Assembly: GCA_012960975.1 (NCBI GenBank)
Contig: DUAE01000055.1
Location: forward strand, 41,143 to 105,142
DNA length: 64,000 bases
Reading direction: 5' to 3'
From: Candidatus Poseidoniales archaeon
GTDB taxonomy: Archaea > Thermoplasmatota > Poseidoniia > Poseidoniales > Thalassarchaeaceae
The translations under genes and the position numbers were made by a program. Under the pieces are notes generated by a model. It was given only the letters and a program-made list of their open reading frames with translations. It did no database searches and was not told the origin of the DNA. Position 1 is the first letter of the stretch; each line of letters starts with the position of its first letter. This document shows positions 39,234 to 48,471 of this stretch, piece after piece.

Positions 39234-39659
39234 ATGCCACCAAGAATTGACCATGTCGGTATTGCGACAAAAAACTTAGAAGATTCATCATTATTATGGA
39301 ATCTTATTGGATTGAAACAAGGTGAAGATGAAATTATTACAGAACATGATGTTCGGGTACGTATGTTTCAGGGCATAGATAATGACTCTAATGTAACTTT
39401 CTCGAAAATAGAATTGATTGAACCATTAAGTGAAAATTCACCTATTGCTAAATTTATCTCCAACCGTGGCGCAGGCATACAACAAATTGCAATTAATGTT
39501 CAAAATATTCAATTAGTTATTGAAAAACTATTGAAAAATAATTTTAGAATGATTAACTCGACACCAAATATTGGTTCTAGTGGAAATTTAGTTGCATTTG
39601 TTCACCCTGAATCTACAGGTGGGGTTCTTGTTGAATTGGTACAAAACCGGCTACAATAA
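39234..39659 (+). CDS. Methylmalonyl-CoA epimerase (VOC/glyoxalase family)
   Basis: MPPRIDHVGIATKNLEDS...GAGIQQIAINV fits the family. It follows MCM directly; the ORF-track start at 39201 overlaps the MCM end. Confidence 0.75.
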   Translation: MPPRIDHVGIATKNLEDSSLLWNLIGLKQGEDEIITEHDVRVRMFQGIDNDSNVTFSKIELIEPLSENSPIAKFISNRGAGIQQIAINVQNIQLVIEKLLKNNFRMINSTPNIGSSGNLVAFVHPESTGGVLVELVQNRLQ

Positions 39660-39690
39660 TCATCATATACGAACCTCTTGACCGGCCCCT

Positions 39691-39993
39691 ATGCTTCAGA
39701 GTGTTACCTCACTTTTGCCACTAGTTTCATTGACATGTTCGGCTATACAATTAGAGATGGAATTTATTTCAGAAACTTTAGAATTTCTACGAGATGGACA
39801 ATTAATCTCTAACGAAGCATATTTAGAAGCTGGATCCATTCAAGGTGGTATGAATGTGATTGCAAACCTATTAGATAATAATGTTCAAGATGAAGAAATA
39901 ACAATTCAATATCAAATTCTTAGTCAAAAAACTCAAAGATTGCACAATAACTTCCCTAAATTAAACGAATTAATTGAATCACACCGCAATTAA
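39691..39993 (+). CDS. Hypothetical 100-aa protein
   Basis: ORF only, with no recognisable motif. Confidence 0.3.
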   Translation: MLQSVTSLLPLVSLTCSAIQLEMEFISETLEFLRDGQLISNEAYLEAGSIQGGMNVIANLLDNNVQDEEITIQYQILSQKTQRLHNNFPKLNELIESHRN

Positions 39994-40004
39994 CTCTCAA
40001 TACC

Positions 40005-40048
40005 TGAGTATTACTTGAGTATTACTTGAGTATTACTATAGTAATACT
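40005..40048. promoter_or_regulatory. Candidate operator: three tandem 11-bp direct repeats (TGAGTATTACT) overlapping a perfect 20-bp palindrome AGTATTACTATAGTAATACT
   Basis: The repeats at 40005-40037 and the palindrome at 40029-40048 are read directly. They lie about 30-70 nt upstream of the RHH gene start. Confidence 0.6.
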
Positions 40049-40075
40049 TTTAGGTAAAGATATGTCCCTAAATGC

Positions 40076-40246
40076 ATGCCAAAAATCAGTTTGGACATGC
40101 CATTGGAATTATTGGATGATTTGAAACTACATGTAGGTGACAAGAAAAAATTTGTTTCTGTTGCTGATGCTATACGAACAGCATGTCGAAAACTTCTCGA
40201 CCAATTAGATGAAATTGATGAATTGCATGGAAGAAAGGGTGATTAA
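40076..40246 (+). CDS. Ribbon-helix-helix (CopG/MetJ-like) DNA-binding protein, 56 aa (below the ORF-track cutoff)
   Basis: Translation MPKISLDMPLELLDDLKLHVGDKKKFVSVADAIRTACRKLLDQLDEIDELHGRKGD has an RHH beta-strand-plus-two-helix pattern. The stop is 1 nt before the folE ATG. Confidence 0.55.
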   Translation: MPKISLDMPLELLDDLKLHVGDKKKFVSVADAIRTACRKLLDQLDEIDELHGRKGD

Positions 40247-40247
40247 A

Positions 40248-40841
40248 ATGATTGAAGATAATTTTCGAGGCGAGGCGATTAAGGCAATTGATACACTGGT
40301 TAGATTCATTGAAAATAACGATGGAGGGGAACTCCGAGAAGGATTGAAACGTACACCTGAAAGAGTAATTGAATCATATTTAGAAATATTTTCTGGATAT
40401 TCAGATGATGCTCGAATTATTCTTGATGCAACTTTTAACGCTGAAGGCTATGATGGTATTGTTCTTCTAAGAAATATTGAATTTCACTCTACTTGTGAAC
40501 ATCATCTGCTACCTTTCTCTGGTACAGCGAGTGTTGCATACATTCCCGTCGATAAAATTGTTGGAATTAGTAAACTAGCTAGATTAGTAGATATGTACGC
40601 ACGTAGATTACAAAACCAAGAACGTATTACAAAATCAATAGCAAATGATTTAGAATCAATTTTGAAACCACTTGGTTCTGCTGTGATAATTGATGCATCA
40701 CATGGCTGTATGGCATGTAGAGGAGTCAAGAAACAACAATCAATTATGACAACTAGCGCTATGAATGGTGTGTTTTTTGAAAATTCAGAGGCTAGATCAG
40801 AATTATTACAACTAATTAGTAGAGATAACATAAATCGGTGA
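40248..40841 (+). CDS. folE: GTP cyclohydrolase I (FolE)
   Basis: HSTCEHHLLPFSG is the active-site motif. The ORF-track start at 40209 overlaps the RHH gene, so the internal Met at 40248 is used. Confidence 0.85.
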   Translation: MIEDNFRGEAIKAIDTLVRFIENNDGGELREGLKRTPERVIESYLEIFSGYSDDARIILDATFNAEGYDGIVLLRNIEFHSTCEHHLLPFSGTASVAYIPVDKIVGISKLARLVDMYARRLQNQERITKSIANDLESILKPLGSAVIIDASHGCMACRGVKKQQSIMTTSAMNGVFFENSEARSELLQLISRDNINR

Positions 40842-40845
40842 TGAA

Positions 40846-41475
40846 ATGACTATGTTGATTCAAGCTAACAACTTAGAGGTCAAGTACCCAATTGTAGAAA
40901 TATTCTATAGTATCCAAGGTGAAGGTTATCATTCAGGTATTCCATCAATCTTTATTAGATTTGGGGGGTGTAATCTTAGGTGCCCTTGGTGTGATACAAA
41001 TTTTGATATTTGGGAAGATCTGTCACTAGGTGAAATTGTCAACAAATTATCTAAATTTAATTGCGATAGAATAATTTTTACTGGGGGTGAACCGGCATTA
41101 CAAGATTTAGAAACACTTTCAAATTGTTTGAAACCACTTGGATACTTCCTCAGTATAGAAACAAATGGAACAATTATTATTCCACCTGGAATAATTGATT
41201 GGATTTGTGTGAGTCCTAAGGATCAAGAATATGCTGATGTAAAAATTCGACAACAATCAGGTGATGAGCTAAAAGTAGTTTATTTAGGACAGCCTTTAGA
41301 AATGTACGATGAACTAAGAGAGGGTTTCGATTATCATTTATTGCAACCTTGTTACGATGAAAATAAAGATGTAGAGTGGAATGGGAATAATTTCAAATCA
41401 ACTGTTGAGGCTGTTAAAAATAATCCTGGATGGCATTTAAGTTTGCAAACTCACAAATGGATTGGGGTTGACTAA
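40846..41475 (+). CDS. queE: 7-carboxy-7-deazaguanine synthase QueE (radical SAM)
   Basis: FGGCNLRCPWCDT cluster motif, …FTGGEP, and a length of about 210 aa are typical of QueE. Confidence 0.8.
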   Translation: MTMLIQANNLEVKYPIVEIFYSIQGEGYHSGIPSIFIRFGGCNLRCPWCDTNFDIWEDLSLGEIVNKLSKFNCDRIIFTGGEPALQDLETLSNCLKPLGYFLSIETNGTIIIPPGIIDWICVSPKDQEYADVKIRQQSGDELKVVYLGQPLEMYDELREGFDYHLLQPCYDENKDVEWNGNNFKSTVEAVKNNPGWHLSLQTHKWIGVD

Positions 41476-42266
41476 TGACAAGCAAAGTTGCTATTATTGC
41501 ATTGAGTGGAGGTATGGATTCCACTGCCCTATTGATGCGATTATTGGCCGATGGGTATGATGTACATGCTATTTCGTATAATTACGGACAGAAACATGTG
41601 ATTGAAGTTCAGAGAGCGCTATCAAACCTTAATTATCTTTCACAAAATGGCTTTCATGTCAACCATCGAGTAATTGACTTAACCTCAGCGATGGATTCTT
41701 TCCATTCTGCTCTTACAGATGAATCGATAGAGATTCCAGAGGGACACTATGAGGAACTACAAATGAAGCAAACAGTAGTCCCAAATCGAAACGCAATTTT
41801 TGCTTCAATATTGTATGGATGTGCATTGTCTATTGCAATAAAAGAATCTCGAAATGTTGAAATCGCACTTGGTGTACATTCAGGGGATCATGCGATTTAT
41901 CCTGATTGCCGACCAGAATTCTACAGAGCTCTTGAACATGCTTTTGAAGTCGGCAATTGGGAGTCGGAAAATGTGGCATTTAAATTACCATATATTGATG
42001 GTGATAAAGAGACTATCCTTAGAGATGCAGAAATATCCATTTCACAACTCGGACTAGATTTTGATACTATATTTTCAAACACAATTACATCGTACAACCC
42101 AGACCGGCAAGGACGATCCTCTGGGACATCGGGGTCTGATGTAGAACGTATTCTAGCTTTTCACGCAATAGGAAGGGATGATCCAGTGCAATATGTCAAA
42201 CCTTGGAGTGACGTTCTTCGCAATGCCCTAACTACTGACAAAAAACACAAGGAGATCAACACATGA
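41475..42266 (+). CDS. queC: 7-cyano-7-deazaguanine synthase QueC
   Basis: ALSGGMDST PP-loop and a C-terminal Cys cluster region are present. Confidence 0.8.
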   Translation: MTSKVAIIALSGGMDSTALLMRLLADGYDVHAISYNYGQKHVIEVQRALSNLNYLSQNGFHVNHRVIDLTSAMDSFHSALTDESIEIPEGHYEELQMKQTVVPNRNAIFASILYGCALSIAIKESRNVEIALGVHSGDHAIYPDCRPEFYRALEHAFEVGNWESENVAFKLPYIDGDKETILRDAEISISQLGLDFDTIFSNTITSYNPDRQGRSSGTSGSDVERILAFHAIGRDDPVQYVKPWSDVLRNALTTDKKHKEINT

Positions 42267-42664
42267 ACGACACAAATAATATCAATAATTTAAACCTGAA
42301 ATCGAGATTGACAAATATACAGTATCATGTCACACAAGAATCCGGTACTGAACCCCCTTTCACAGGCATATACTGGGATGAAAAAAGAAATGGGGATTAT
42401 TTCTGTATCTGTTGCGGCCACTTATTGTTCACTTCGAAAATGAAATATGATTCTAGATGTGGATGGCCATCGTTCCACCATGAAGAGCCTGGAGCAGGTA
42501 TCAAACGATTACCTGATCTTAGTGGGGGCATAGTAAGGGTAGAGGTTAGATGTGGCTCCTGTGATGCACATTTAGGACATGTGTTTGAAGATGGACCTAA
42601 AGATGAAGGGGGGGAGCGTTATTGCATAAATTCCGCAAGTATCCAATTTGGGGTCGATGTGTGA
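42263..42664 (+). CDS. msrB: Peptide methionine-(R)-sulfoxide reductase MsrB
   Basis: CICCGHLLF...CGWPSF...RCGSCDAHLGHVFEDGP are the MsrB zinc and catalytic motifs. Confidence 0.85.
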   Translation: MNDTNNINNLNLKSRLTNIQYHVTQESGTEPPFTGIYWDEKRNGDYFCICCGHLLFTSKMKYDSRCGWPSFHHEEPGAGIKRLPDLSGGIVRVEVRCGSCDAHLGHVFEDGPKDEGGERYCINSASIQFGVDV

Positions 42665-43116
42665 TGACGACGAGAATACGACGATGGGTTGAGACAGATA
42701 CAGGACACCGAGTTCCCAATCACAAAAGTAAGTGTAAACACTTTCATGGACATCGGTATCGTTGGGAAGCAGAAATTGAGGGGGATGTGGTGTCTGAGGC
42801 AGGCGCCTCTGAAGAAGGGATGTTGATTGATTTTTCAGATATTTCACAAATTCTTACCGAACATATTCATGATATTGTTGACCACGCTTTTTTGGTCTAC
42901 GAACATGATGATATTGCACAAAAAGCCCTATCTGAAATGGGAGATGGACATCGGACTGTTGTGGTGCCATTTATTCCTACAGCTGAAAATTTAGCCAAGT
43001 GGGCGTTTGAACAAGTCGAGCCTCACATCCGAACATCATTTGATAACGAATTAAAACTAAGGGCATTTCACGTCAGAGAAACACCGAAATCCTGGGCAAC
43101 TTGGACAAAATGTTAG
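42664..43116 (+). CDS. queD: 6-carboxy-5,6,7,8-tetrahydropterin synthase QueD (PTPS family)
   Basis: CKHFHGHRYRWEAEIEGD contains the Cys and His Zn ligands. The start is taken at the ATG overlapping the msrB stop. Confidence 0.75.
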   Translation: MTTRIRRWVETDTGHRVPNHKSKCKHFHGHRYRWEAEIEGDVVSEAGASEEGMLIDFSDISQILTEHIHDIVDHAFLVYEHDDIAQKALSEMGDGHRTVVVPFIPTAENLAKWAFEQVEPHIRTSFDNELKLRAFHVRETPKSWATWTKC

Positions 43117-43931
43117 TTTTCACTACGATACTCATCCCATATTTCAGGGTTTTCGGACATATATTTCAATGCTAATTGTGAGTCATTTACAACACCAATA
43201 ATACGATGAATTTCATCATCCAATGGCAATCCACGGAAAATGACACGTGTCAAGACTTCTTCGATACCTTGACGCCGATGCTCTTTTGTAGGCATATTGT
43301 TAGATAAATTAGCAATAGATTCTTTCAAAATCTTCCTTAATTCTGGAGAGAGTAATCGCTCAGAATCCTTTATCATTAATTTATCTTTTTCGGAATCAGT
43401 CAAAGCGAGTAAATTCGTTGTATACCAATTATAACACACTATCGATACTGCATGACTCAAATTCAATATCGGGTATCCTTCCCAACTAGGAATTGTCATT
43501 AATAAATCACATTTTGATAATTGTTCATTCAGAAGACCAAAACCCTCTGGACCAAATATCACTCCCAATTGCCCATCAATATCAATTAATTTATGAGTTA
43601 ATTCAGATGGTGAAATAAAATGTCTAAGGGTAGTTTTAGATCCTAGTTCTCTTTTTCCAGAGGTGCCTATAACGATACTCAGATCAGATACAGCTTCATC
43701 TAGAGAATTGTATGTAGTGCAATTATCAAGAACTATTTGTGCATTTTTTGCGCGGTTACGGGTTTCTGAACTCCAATTTCCATCATGACCAACGATTCGT
43801 AAATCTTGGACGCCAAAATTTAGCATTGAACGGGCAACCGCTCCGATGTTACCATCGAATTTTGGTTCAACTAAAATTATGGACAACTTGGCCGAAAATT
43901 CCGGAGAAGGTATCTTTTGTAGATTGCCCAT
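43113..43931 (-). CDS. SpoU/TrmH-family RNA 2'-O-methyltransferase with C-terminal extension
   Basis: LSIILVEPKFDGNIGAVARSMLNFGVQDLRIVG and a SPOUT knot region IPSWEGYPILNLSHAVSIV are present. Confidence 0.7.
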   Translation of the reverse strand: MGNLQKIPSPEFSAKLSIILVEPKFDGNIGAVARSMLNFGVQDLRIVGHDGNWSSETRNRAKNAQIVLDNCTTYNSLDEAVSDLSIVIGTSGKRELGSKTTLRHFISPSELTHKLIDIDGQLGVIFGPEGFGLLNEQLSKCDLLMTIPSWEGYPILNLSHAVSIVCYNWYTTNLLALTDSEKDKLMIKDSERLLSPELRKILKESIANLSNNMPTKEHRRQGIEEVLTRVIFRGLPLDDEIHRIIGVVNDSQLALKYMSENPEIWDEYRSEN

Positions 43932-43960
43932 GTTTAATCGACTGAAAATTTATTGAAAAA

Positions 43961-44152
43961 CTAATCCACTCGGCGTTGTTTATATCTTGTGATATAGCCT
44001 GCAATCCAATTTCTCATCCGCTTGTTATCTACATCTGTAAATTCCGAAACTAATGTTTTGTTTTCATCAAAGTCATTAGTAAACTTATCTGGATATATAT
44101 CCAAAAGTCGTAGTGCTCTGATTTTGATAAAAGAAGGTCTGATATTGCCCAT
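43961..44152 (-). CDS. rps17e: 30S ribosomal protein S17e
   Basis: [32 protein letters not shown] matches the S17e family. Length is 63 aa. Confidence 0.85.
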   Translation of the reverse strand: MGNIRPSFIKIRALRLLDIYPDKFTNDFDENKTLVSEFTDVDNKRMRNWIAGYITRYKQRRVD

Positions 44153-44154
44153 AT

Positions 44155-44418
44155 TTATTCCTCAAATAATTTAACTTCAAGAGGAAAACCCTCTTCGCGA
44201 GTACAAATAATTTTTATTTTTCTAGGAGGGTTTTGCATTCCTCTTGCCCAAATTGCATGGTTTACTGCTTCATCAATCCAGATGTCCTCATCTTCACCCT
44301 TTTTCATGTGCTGAGCAACATGTTTGCGAATCTCCGCCATCGCTCTATTTGCACGTGCCGTTCGAGGAACCGCCCAAGCAGCCCTTAATGGGATGATCAT
44401 TTCTCTTACCTCTGCCAT
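44155..44418 (-). CDS. rpl31e: 50S ribosomal protein L31e
   Basis: …[23 protein letters not shown]… matches the L31e core. Confidence 0.85.
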   Translation of the reverse strand: MAEVREMIIPLRAAWAVPRTARANRAMAEIRKHVAQHMKKGEDEDIWIDEAVNHAIWARGMQNPPRKIKIICTREEGFPLEVKLFEE

Positions 44419-44423
44419 TTAAA

Positions 44424-44579
44424 TCATCTCTGTAATTTTGATCTGCGCCACATGTGCCTTTTAGGGTGGGTCGTCACACTACGATTGGTACGAAGCATGA
44501 CCCACACTGGTACGCGTCGGTTCTGTTTTGTGACTTTCATAAGTCTCAATTTTTTTGCCAGTGGTTTCACTCTTGCCAT
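44424..44579 (-). CDS. rpl39e: 50S ribosomal protein L39e (51 aa; absent from the ORF track because it is below 60 aa)
   Basis: Minus-strand ATG at 44579 gives [51 protein letters not shown], a near-textbook L39e. It sits between S19e and L31e, as in many archaea. Confidence 0.85.
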   Translation of the reverse strand: MARVKPLAKKLRLMKVTKQNRRVPVWVMLRTNRSVTTHPKRHMWRRSKLQR

Positions 44580-44590
44580 ATTCTCACCGT

Positions 44591-45061
44591 TTAGTATTTT
44601 GAAAGCCCAGGGTATTTTTCTTCAGCAGCGCCTCGCACAGAATGAGCAAAATCATCCAGTAATGATTGGCCGACTGGTGTCAATACCTTTCCATGATTTA
44701 CAGTTTTAGGAAGATTCCATTGGCTTTTGATTAAACCAGCTGAATCTAATTGTTGTAGAATGAGGCGGGCGACACTTCGTGATCCTGAAGCAGCTCGATT
44801 TGGTTTAACTCCTCGATCCTTAGGACCGCCAAATAATTGCGCCATATGATTTGTTCCGATTGGACCTTTTATCCCTACTTTCCTCAATACTGCAGCAGAC
44901 CGTATGAACCACCAATCATCTTGCGTAGGGGGGCGTTCTCTGTGAGTGCCTGTTTTAGCATACTCTGCCCAATCAGGTGGCGAGATAGAATCGAATTCTT
45001 GCATCTTCGCAGAAAGTGCTGAAATCAACATATCAGCGGGTATATCATGGAACGTCGTCAT
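44591..45061 (-). CDS. rps19e: 30S ribosomal protein S19e
   Basis: …[17 protein letters not shown]…[14 protein letters not shown]…[15 protein letters not shown] matches S19e. Confidence 0.9.
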   Translation of the reverse strand: MTTFHDIPADMLISALSAKMQEFDSISPPDWAEYAKTGTHRERPPTQDDWWFIRSAAVLRKVGIKGPIGTNHMAQLFGGPKDRGVKPNRAASGSRSVARLILQQLDSAGLIKSQWNLPKTVNHGKVLTPVGQSLLDDFAHSVRGAAEEKYPGLSKY

Positions 45062-45078
45062 CTAACCATCCTCGTGCG

Positions 45079-45092
45079 AGCCCGCCGTCCTG
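45079..45092 (-). promoter_or_regulatory. Conserved GC-rich element CAGGACGGCGGGCT upstream of rps19e
   Basis: It matches the rps12 copy at 13 of 14 positions. It lies 18-31 nt upstream of the start and is preceded by the TATA-like gattaaatatgg on the coding strand. Confidence 0.5.
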
Positions 45093-45200
45093 CAATCCAT
45101 ATTTAATCGTGATGATAATGCTCATGCTCACCACCCACTACTTTAGAATCATGAAGAGGCAGCAACAAGGTTTCAAATCATCGAGTTCTACCCGAGGGAT

Positions 45201-46001
45201 ATGAAGAAGTCCATGTCAAGGAACCCCAACCTGATGAGGACTATGATAGCCATGGGATTAATGTTAATATTTACCTTGGGATACGCGGTTCATTCTAATA
45301 CTATAAATTCGGAATATTATGGTTATTCCACATCTAATGAGGAAGTTTCTGCAAATCTCATTCCAGAAAACAATACTAGTGCATATTGGTTTTTTTCAAC
45401 TAATAGTGCGATAACGTGGATTAATACAACTATTGAAGGGGGACCTGAGGGTTCAATAATTTACGTCGAGGCAATTGGAACGGATTGGTATCACACACCC
45501 TCATTAGGAATGCCAGAGCGAGATTATAGTTGTAAGGAAAACATAAAAGATTATTCAGATATTATTGAAACGTGTGTTTCATCCAATTTTCATGAAATTT
45601 CAATTGATGATTCGAATTCATTAATTGGCTTAGTCTCATTGGAATTACCTCTCGGCGGTCTCGGTTATTTACAGGCCGACAGTGAGATTCAAGCAGAGGA
45701 AGAATCTGAAAAATTAATAATAGACAATAAACACTTAATCACTTGGAAAATTCAATTACGTGATGAAAGTGGCAGTATTTTGGAAAATCAAGGGTTTTCT
45801 GTTCATGTAAATTATACGCAACATGAACTTATTTCTGTGGAAAAGTTTGTCTTGGATCCGATTCAAGAATCGATATATAGTTTGGCCACTTTAATTGGTT
45901 GTTTCGCATTACTGATAATTTTACCACTAATGGCATATTTTTCAGCATCGTACAAAGAACAAAATGATGAAAAAGTCCGGTTGAACACGCCTGAAATCTA
46001 G
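45201..46001 (+). CDS. Hypothetical surface protein with an N-terminal signal/TM segment and a C-terminal TM anchor
   Basis: Hydrophobic N-terminus MIAMGLMLIFTLGYAV. A C-terminal TM segment LATLIGCFALLIILPLMAYF is followed by a short charged tail. Confidence 0.4.
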   Translation: MKKSMSRNPNLMRTMIAMGLMLIFTLGYAVHSNTINSEYYGYSTSNEEVSANLIPENNTSAYWFFSTNSAITWINTTIEGGPEGSIIYVEAIGTDWYHTPSLGMPERDYSCKENIKDYSDIIETCVSSNFHEISIDDSNSLIGLVSLELPLGGLGYLQADSEIQAEEESEKLIIDNKHLITWKIQLRDESGSILENQGFSVHVNYTQHELISVEKFVLDPIQESIYSLATLIGCFALLIILPLMAYFSASYKEQNDEKVRLNTPEI

Positions 46002-46008
46002 AAAATTA

Positions 46009-46413
46009 TTAATCCGCATTGGAACTGATGTCCCAGCTATTGTCAAATTCAGATTCAAGAAGTACCACTAAGTTCAGCTCGAGAAATTTTACTAATGAAG
46101 CAGAAAGACGATCGGAAACAGGAGCTATCCTTTCATGGAATGTTGAATCCATTATTTTTGTAATTGTTTTCAAATCTCTTGAACCGTCCATAAGTTCCCA
46201 AAATAATGAATTCAAATCATCTAATGGCCGTTTTAATTTTCTAGGGGCACGAAATAACTTGGAAACCATGCCTTCAAACCCTCTCGTTTGTTTTTCTATT
46301 ACAATAATAACCTGTTTACCAGTAATTCCTACTATTTGTGGATGAGGGCCAGTCTCACCTATTGTATGCCATTCAACTGGTGACCTAGTGGGGAAACATT
46401 CTGATGGATTCAT
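46009..46413 (-). CDS. PqqD-family (RiPP-recognition-element-like) small protein with ~50-aa N-terminal extension
   Basis: LNSLFWELMDGSRDLKTITKIMDSTF...DRLSASLVKFLELNLVVLLE follows the PqqD consensus: LNetgaxIWelldG..t..eI...l...y.v....a..Dv..Fl..L...gl. Confidence 0.5.
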   Translation of the reverse strand: MNPSECFPTRSPVEWHTIGETGPHPQIVGITGKQVIIVIEKQTRGFEGMVSKLFRAPRKLKRPLDDLNSLFWELMDGSRDLKTITKIMDSTFHERIAPVSDRLSASLVKFLELNLVVLLESEFDNSWDISSNAD

Positions 46414-46540
46414 AGTGACACAATAACCGATTAATAATCCCTAGAGTTGTTCGATTTTTAATTGGTTGCAAATGAAATTCTTTCCTTTATTCCACGCAAT
46501 AATAGATAATACTTAACTGAAAAGAGTTTATCGGGAAATT

Positions 46541-48469
46541 ATGAACGATGAAGACATTAACGAACTATTACTTCGAGCTGAAGAAAAAGCCAATGCAAAT
46601 GATCTACATAGTTCAAGTGAATTGTATCAACGTGTCACAACTTTAGACCCGAAAAACGCTTCAGCTTGGTATGGATACGGAGTATTACAAGCCAAAATCG
46701 GAGAGAGGAAGAATGCAATTGAGGCTTTTGAAAATGCTTTTAATTTAAACCCCAATCATGGACCGAGCGCTGCTAATTTAGCTGTGCTTATTGAAAAAAA
46801 TGATTTGAAAAGATCGGCCAATTTAGCTAGAATTGGCATCAAACATATGGGGGAAAACACTGAACTAATTCGTTTATCTAATCTTCATCCAATAGAATCT
46901 TTACCATTAATTGAAGCTTCACATGTATATACAAATTTTGAACCTAAACAACCTCAGCTCACTCAAACTGAACAAATTACCGAATTACCAAACATAATCG
47001 CCAAACCAGTGATAATTAACAACACGGTAGAAATTAAAAATATATATTCAATTGAGGATTTGATCAAAAAATCAAAAGAATTCATACAATCAAATTTACA
47101 CCAAGAACTACTGGAATTATTAAAAAATAGATTGGAGACTGATGCATCTGAAAATCCGACTCTATGGCGCTATTGTGGCATTGCATTATGGGAATTGGAA
47201 ATGAAAGAGGAAGCTACAAATGCTCTGGAGTTCTCCCTAATTTTAGGCGATAAGTCAAAAAAATCAAATAGAATTATTGCAGAATACTATCGGGAAATTG
47301 GAGAAATAATTGAAGAGAAAGATTCTCTCATCAAAATTTTAGAATTTGGAGATGACCTATATGCGAATTCAAGGTTGGGTGAAATATTATTCGAAGAAGG
47401 AGATTTAGAAAATTCCCTATTAAATTATGAAAAGACATATGAAATCAGCAAAGATGATGACACTTTAGAATCTATAAATCAAATTAAAGAAATATATTTG
47501 GAAAGCCAACAACTTCCTCGGAATGCCTCGGAAACTACAGAGGAGGATGATACGAATTCAATTACTGAAGAATTATCTATAGAAATTGATAATGATAGTG
47601 GCCAATTCTCCTCGGAAACATTGGATGAAGAGAGTGATGATGAAAAATTAGTTATCACAAGTGAGGAAAAAATCACAGAGGAGGAAGAAATTGAAGATCT
47701 GGATCTGATTGAAGATGAATTTGTAAATTTAAAATCTGCTAGAATTTTTAGAGCAGAATCCTATCTAAACGAAGGGGAGTTTGCAGATTCAGTCAAAGAA
47801 TGGAAGGAATTGCTCCAAGAAGATTCCTCAGACCCAATTATTTGGAGGGGGTTGGCATCTGCTTTATCTGCAGCAGGCCATATTGAACGGGCAGAACAAT
47901 GTCTGTCACGTGCTACCGAAGTGTCAGAAGAGGAGACAATAGGACAACATACAACCGATTCAAAGGGGGAAGATTTAGTCCAAGCAGCTGTTGAAGCACA
48001 ACAAAAAGTTAGCAAGACGAGTTTTTCAGAAGAAGTTACTCTCAATGAATCTATTGAATGGTATAATAAAGGATTAACGATGTTGACTGAACTAAACGGT
48101 TTACAAGCATTAAATTGTTTCGAAAAGGCAATAAAAAGCGCCCCAAGAGAAGAAACAGAGTTAAGGGTCCGATCACAAAATGGTAAAGGTCACGCGCTCT
48201 ATCAACTCGAAAGATTCTCCGATAGCATTCAAGCATATCATGCTGCGATAACAATGGATCCAATAAATGTGAATGGAAGAACATTATACAATATGGGGTC
48301 ATCTTATGCGGCAATTGAACATTATGAAGATGCAATGAAATGTTTTGAACAAGCAAAATCTAGGGGTTTAGATTCTGAAGACCTCAAACTTTGCAAAACT
48401 CAATTTAATCGATGTAAATTACTAAAAAAGGAACAAGATAAGGTTACTAACTTACAAACCAACAATTAA
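46541..48469 (+). CDS. TPR-repeat protein with a long central poly-acidic region
   Basis: TPR-like 34-mers lie at both ends (…AWYGYGVLQAKIGERKNAIEAFENAFNLNPNH…). Roughly 120 aa of E, D, T and S fill the middle. Confidence 0.55.
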   Translation: MNDEDINELLLRAEEKANANDLHSSSELYQRVTTLDPKNASAWYGYGVLQAKIGERKNAIEAFENAFNLNPNHGPSAANLAVLIEKNDLKRSANLARIGIKHMGENTELIRLSNLHPIESLPLIEASHVYTNFEPKQPQLTQTEQITELPNIIAKPVIINNTVEIKNIYSIEDLIKKSKEFIQSNLHQELLELLKNRLETDASENPTLWRYCGIALWELEMKEEATNALEFSLILGDKSKKSNRIIAEYYREIGEIIEEKDSLIKILEFGDDLYANSRLGEILFEEGDLENSLLNYEKTYEISKDDDTLESINQIKEIYLESQQLPRNASETTEEDDTNSITEELSIEIDNDSGQFSSETLDEESDDEKLVITSEEKITEEEEIEDLDLIEDEFVNLKSARIFRAESYLNEGEFADSVKEWKELLQEDSSDPIIWRGLASALSAAGHIERAEQCLSRATEVSEEETIGQHTTDSKGEDLVQAAVEAQQKVSKTSFSEEVTLNESIEWYNKGLTMLTELNGLQALNCFEKAIKSAPREETELRVRSQNGKGHALYQLERFSDSIQAYHAAITMDPINVNGRTLYNMGSSYAAIEHYEDAMKCFEQAKSRGLDSEDLKLCKTQFNRCKLLKKEQDKVTNLQTNN

Positions 48470-48471
48470 GA

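Noticed and set aside
44452-44709. 85-aa plus-strand ORF in the S19e-L31e gap
   Set aside because: It is antisense to the convincing L39e gene and to the S19e 3' end, with no motif support, so it is spurious.
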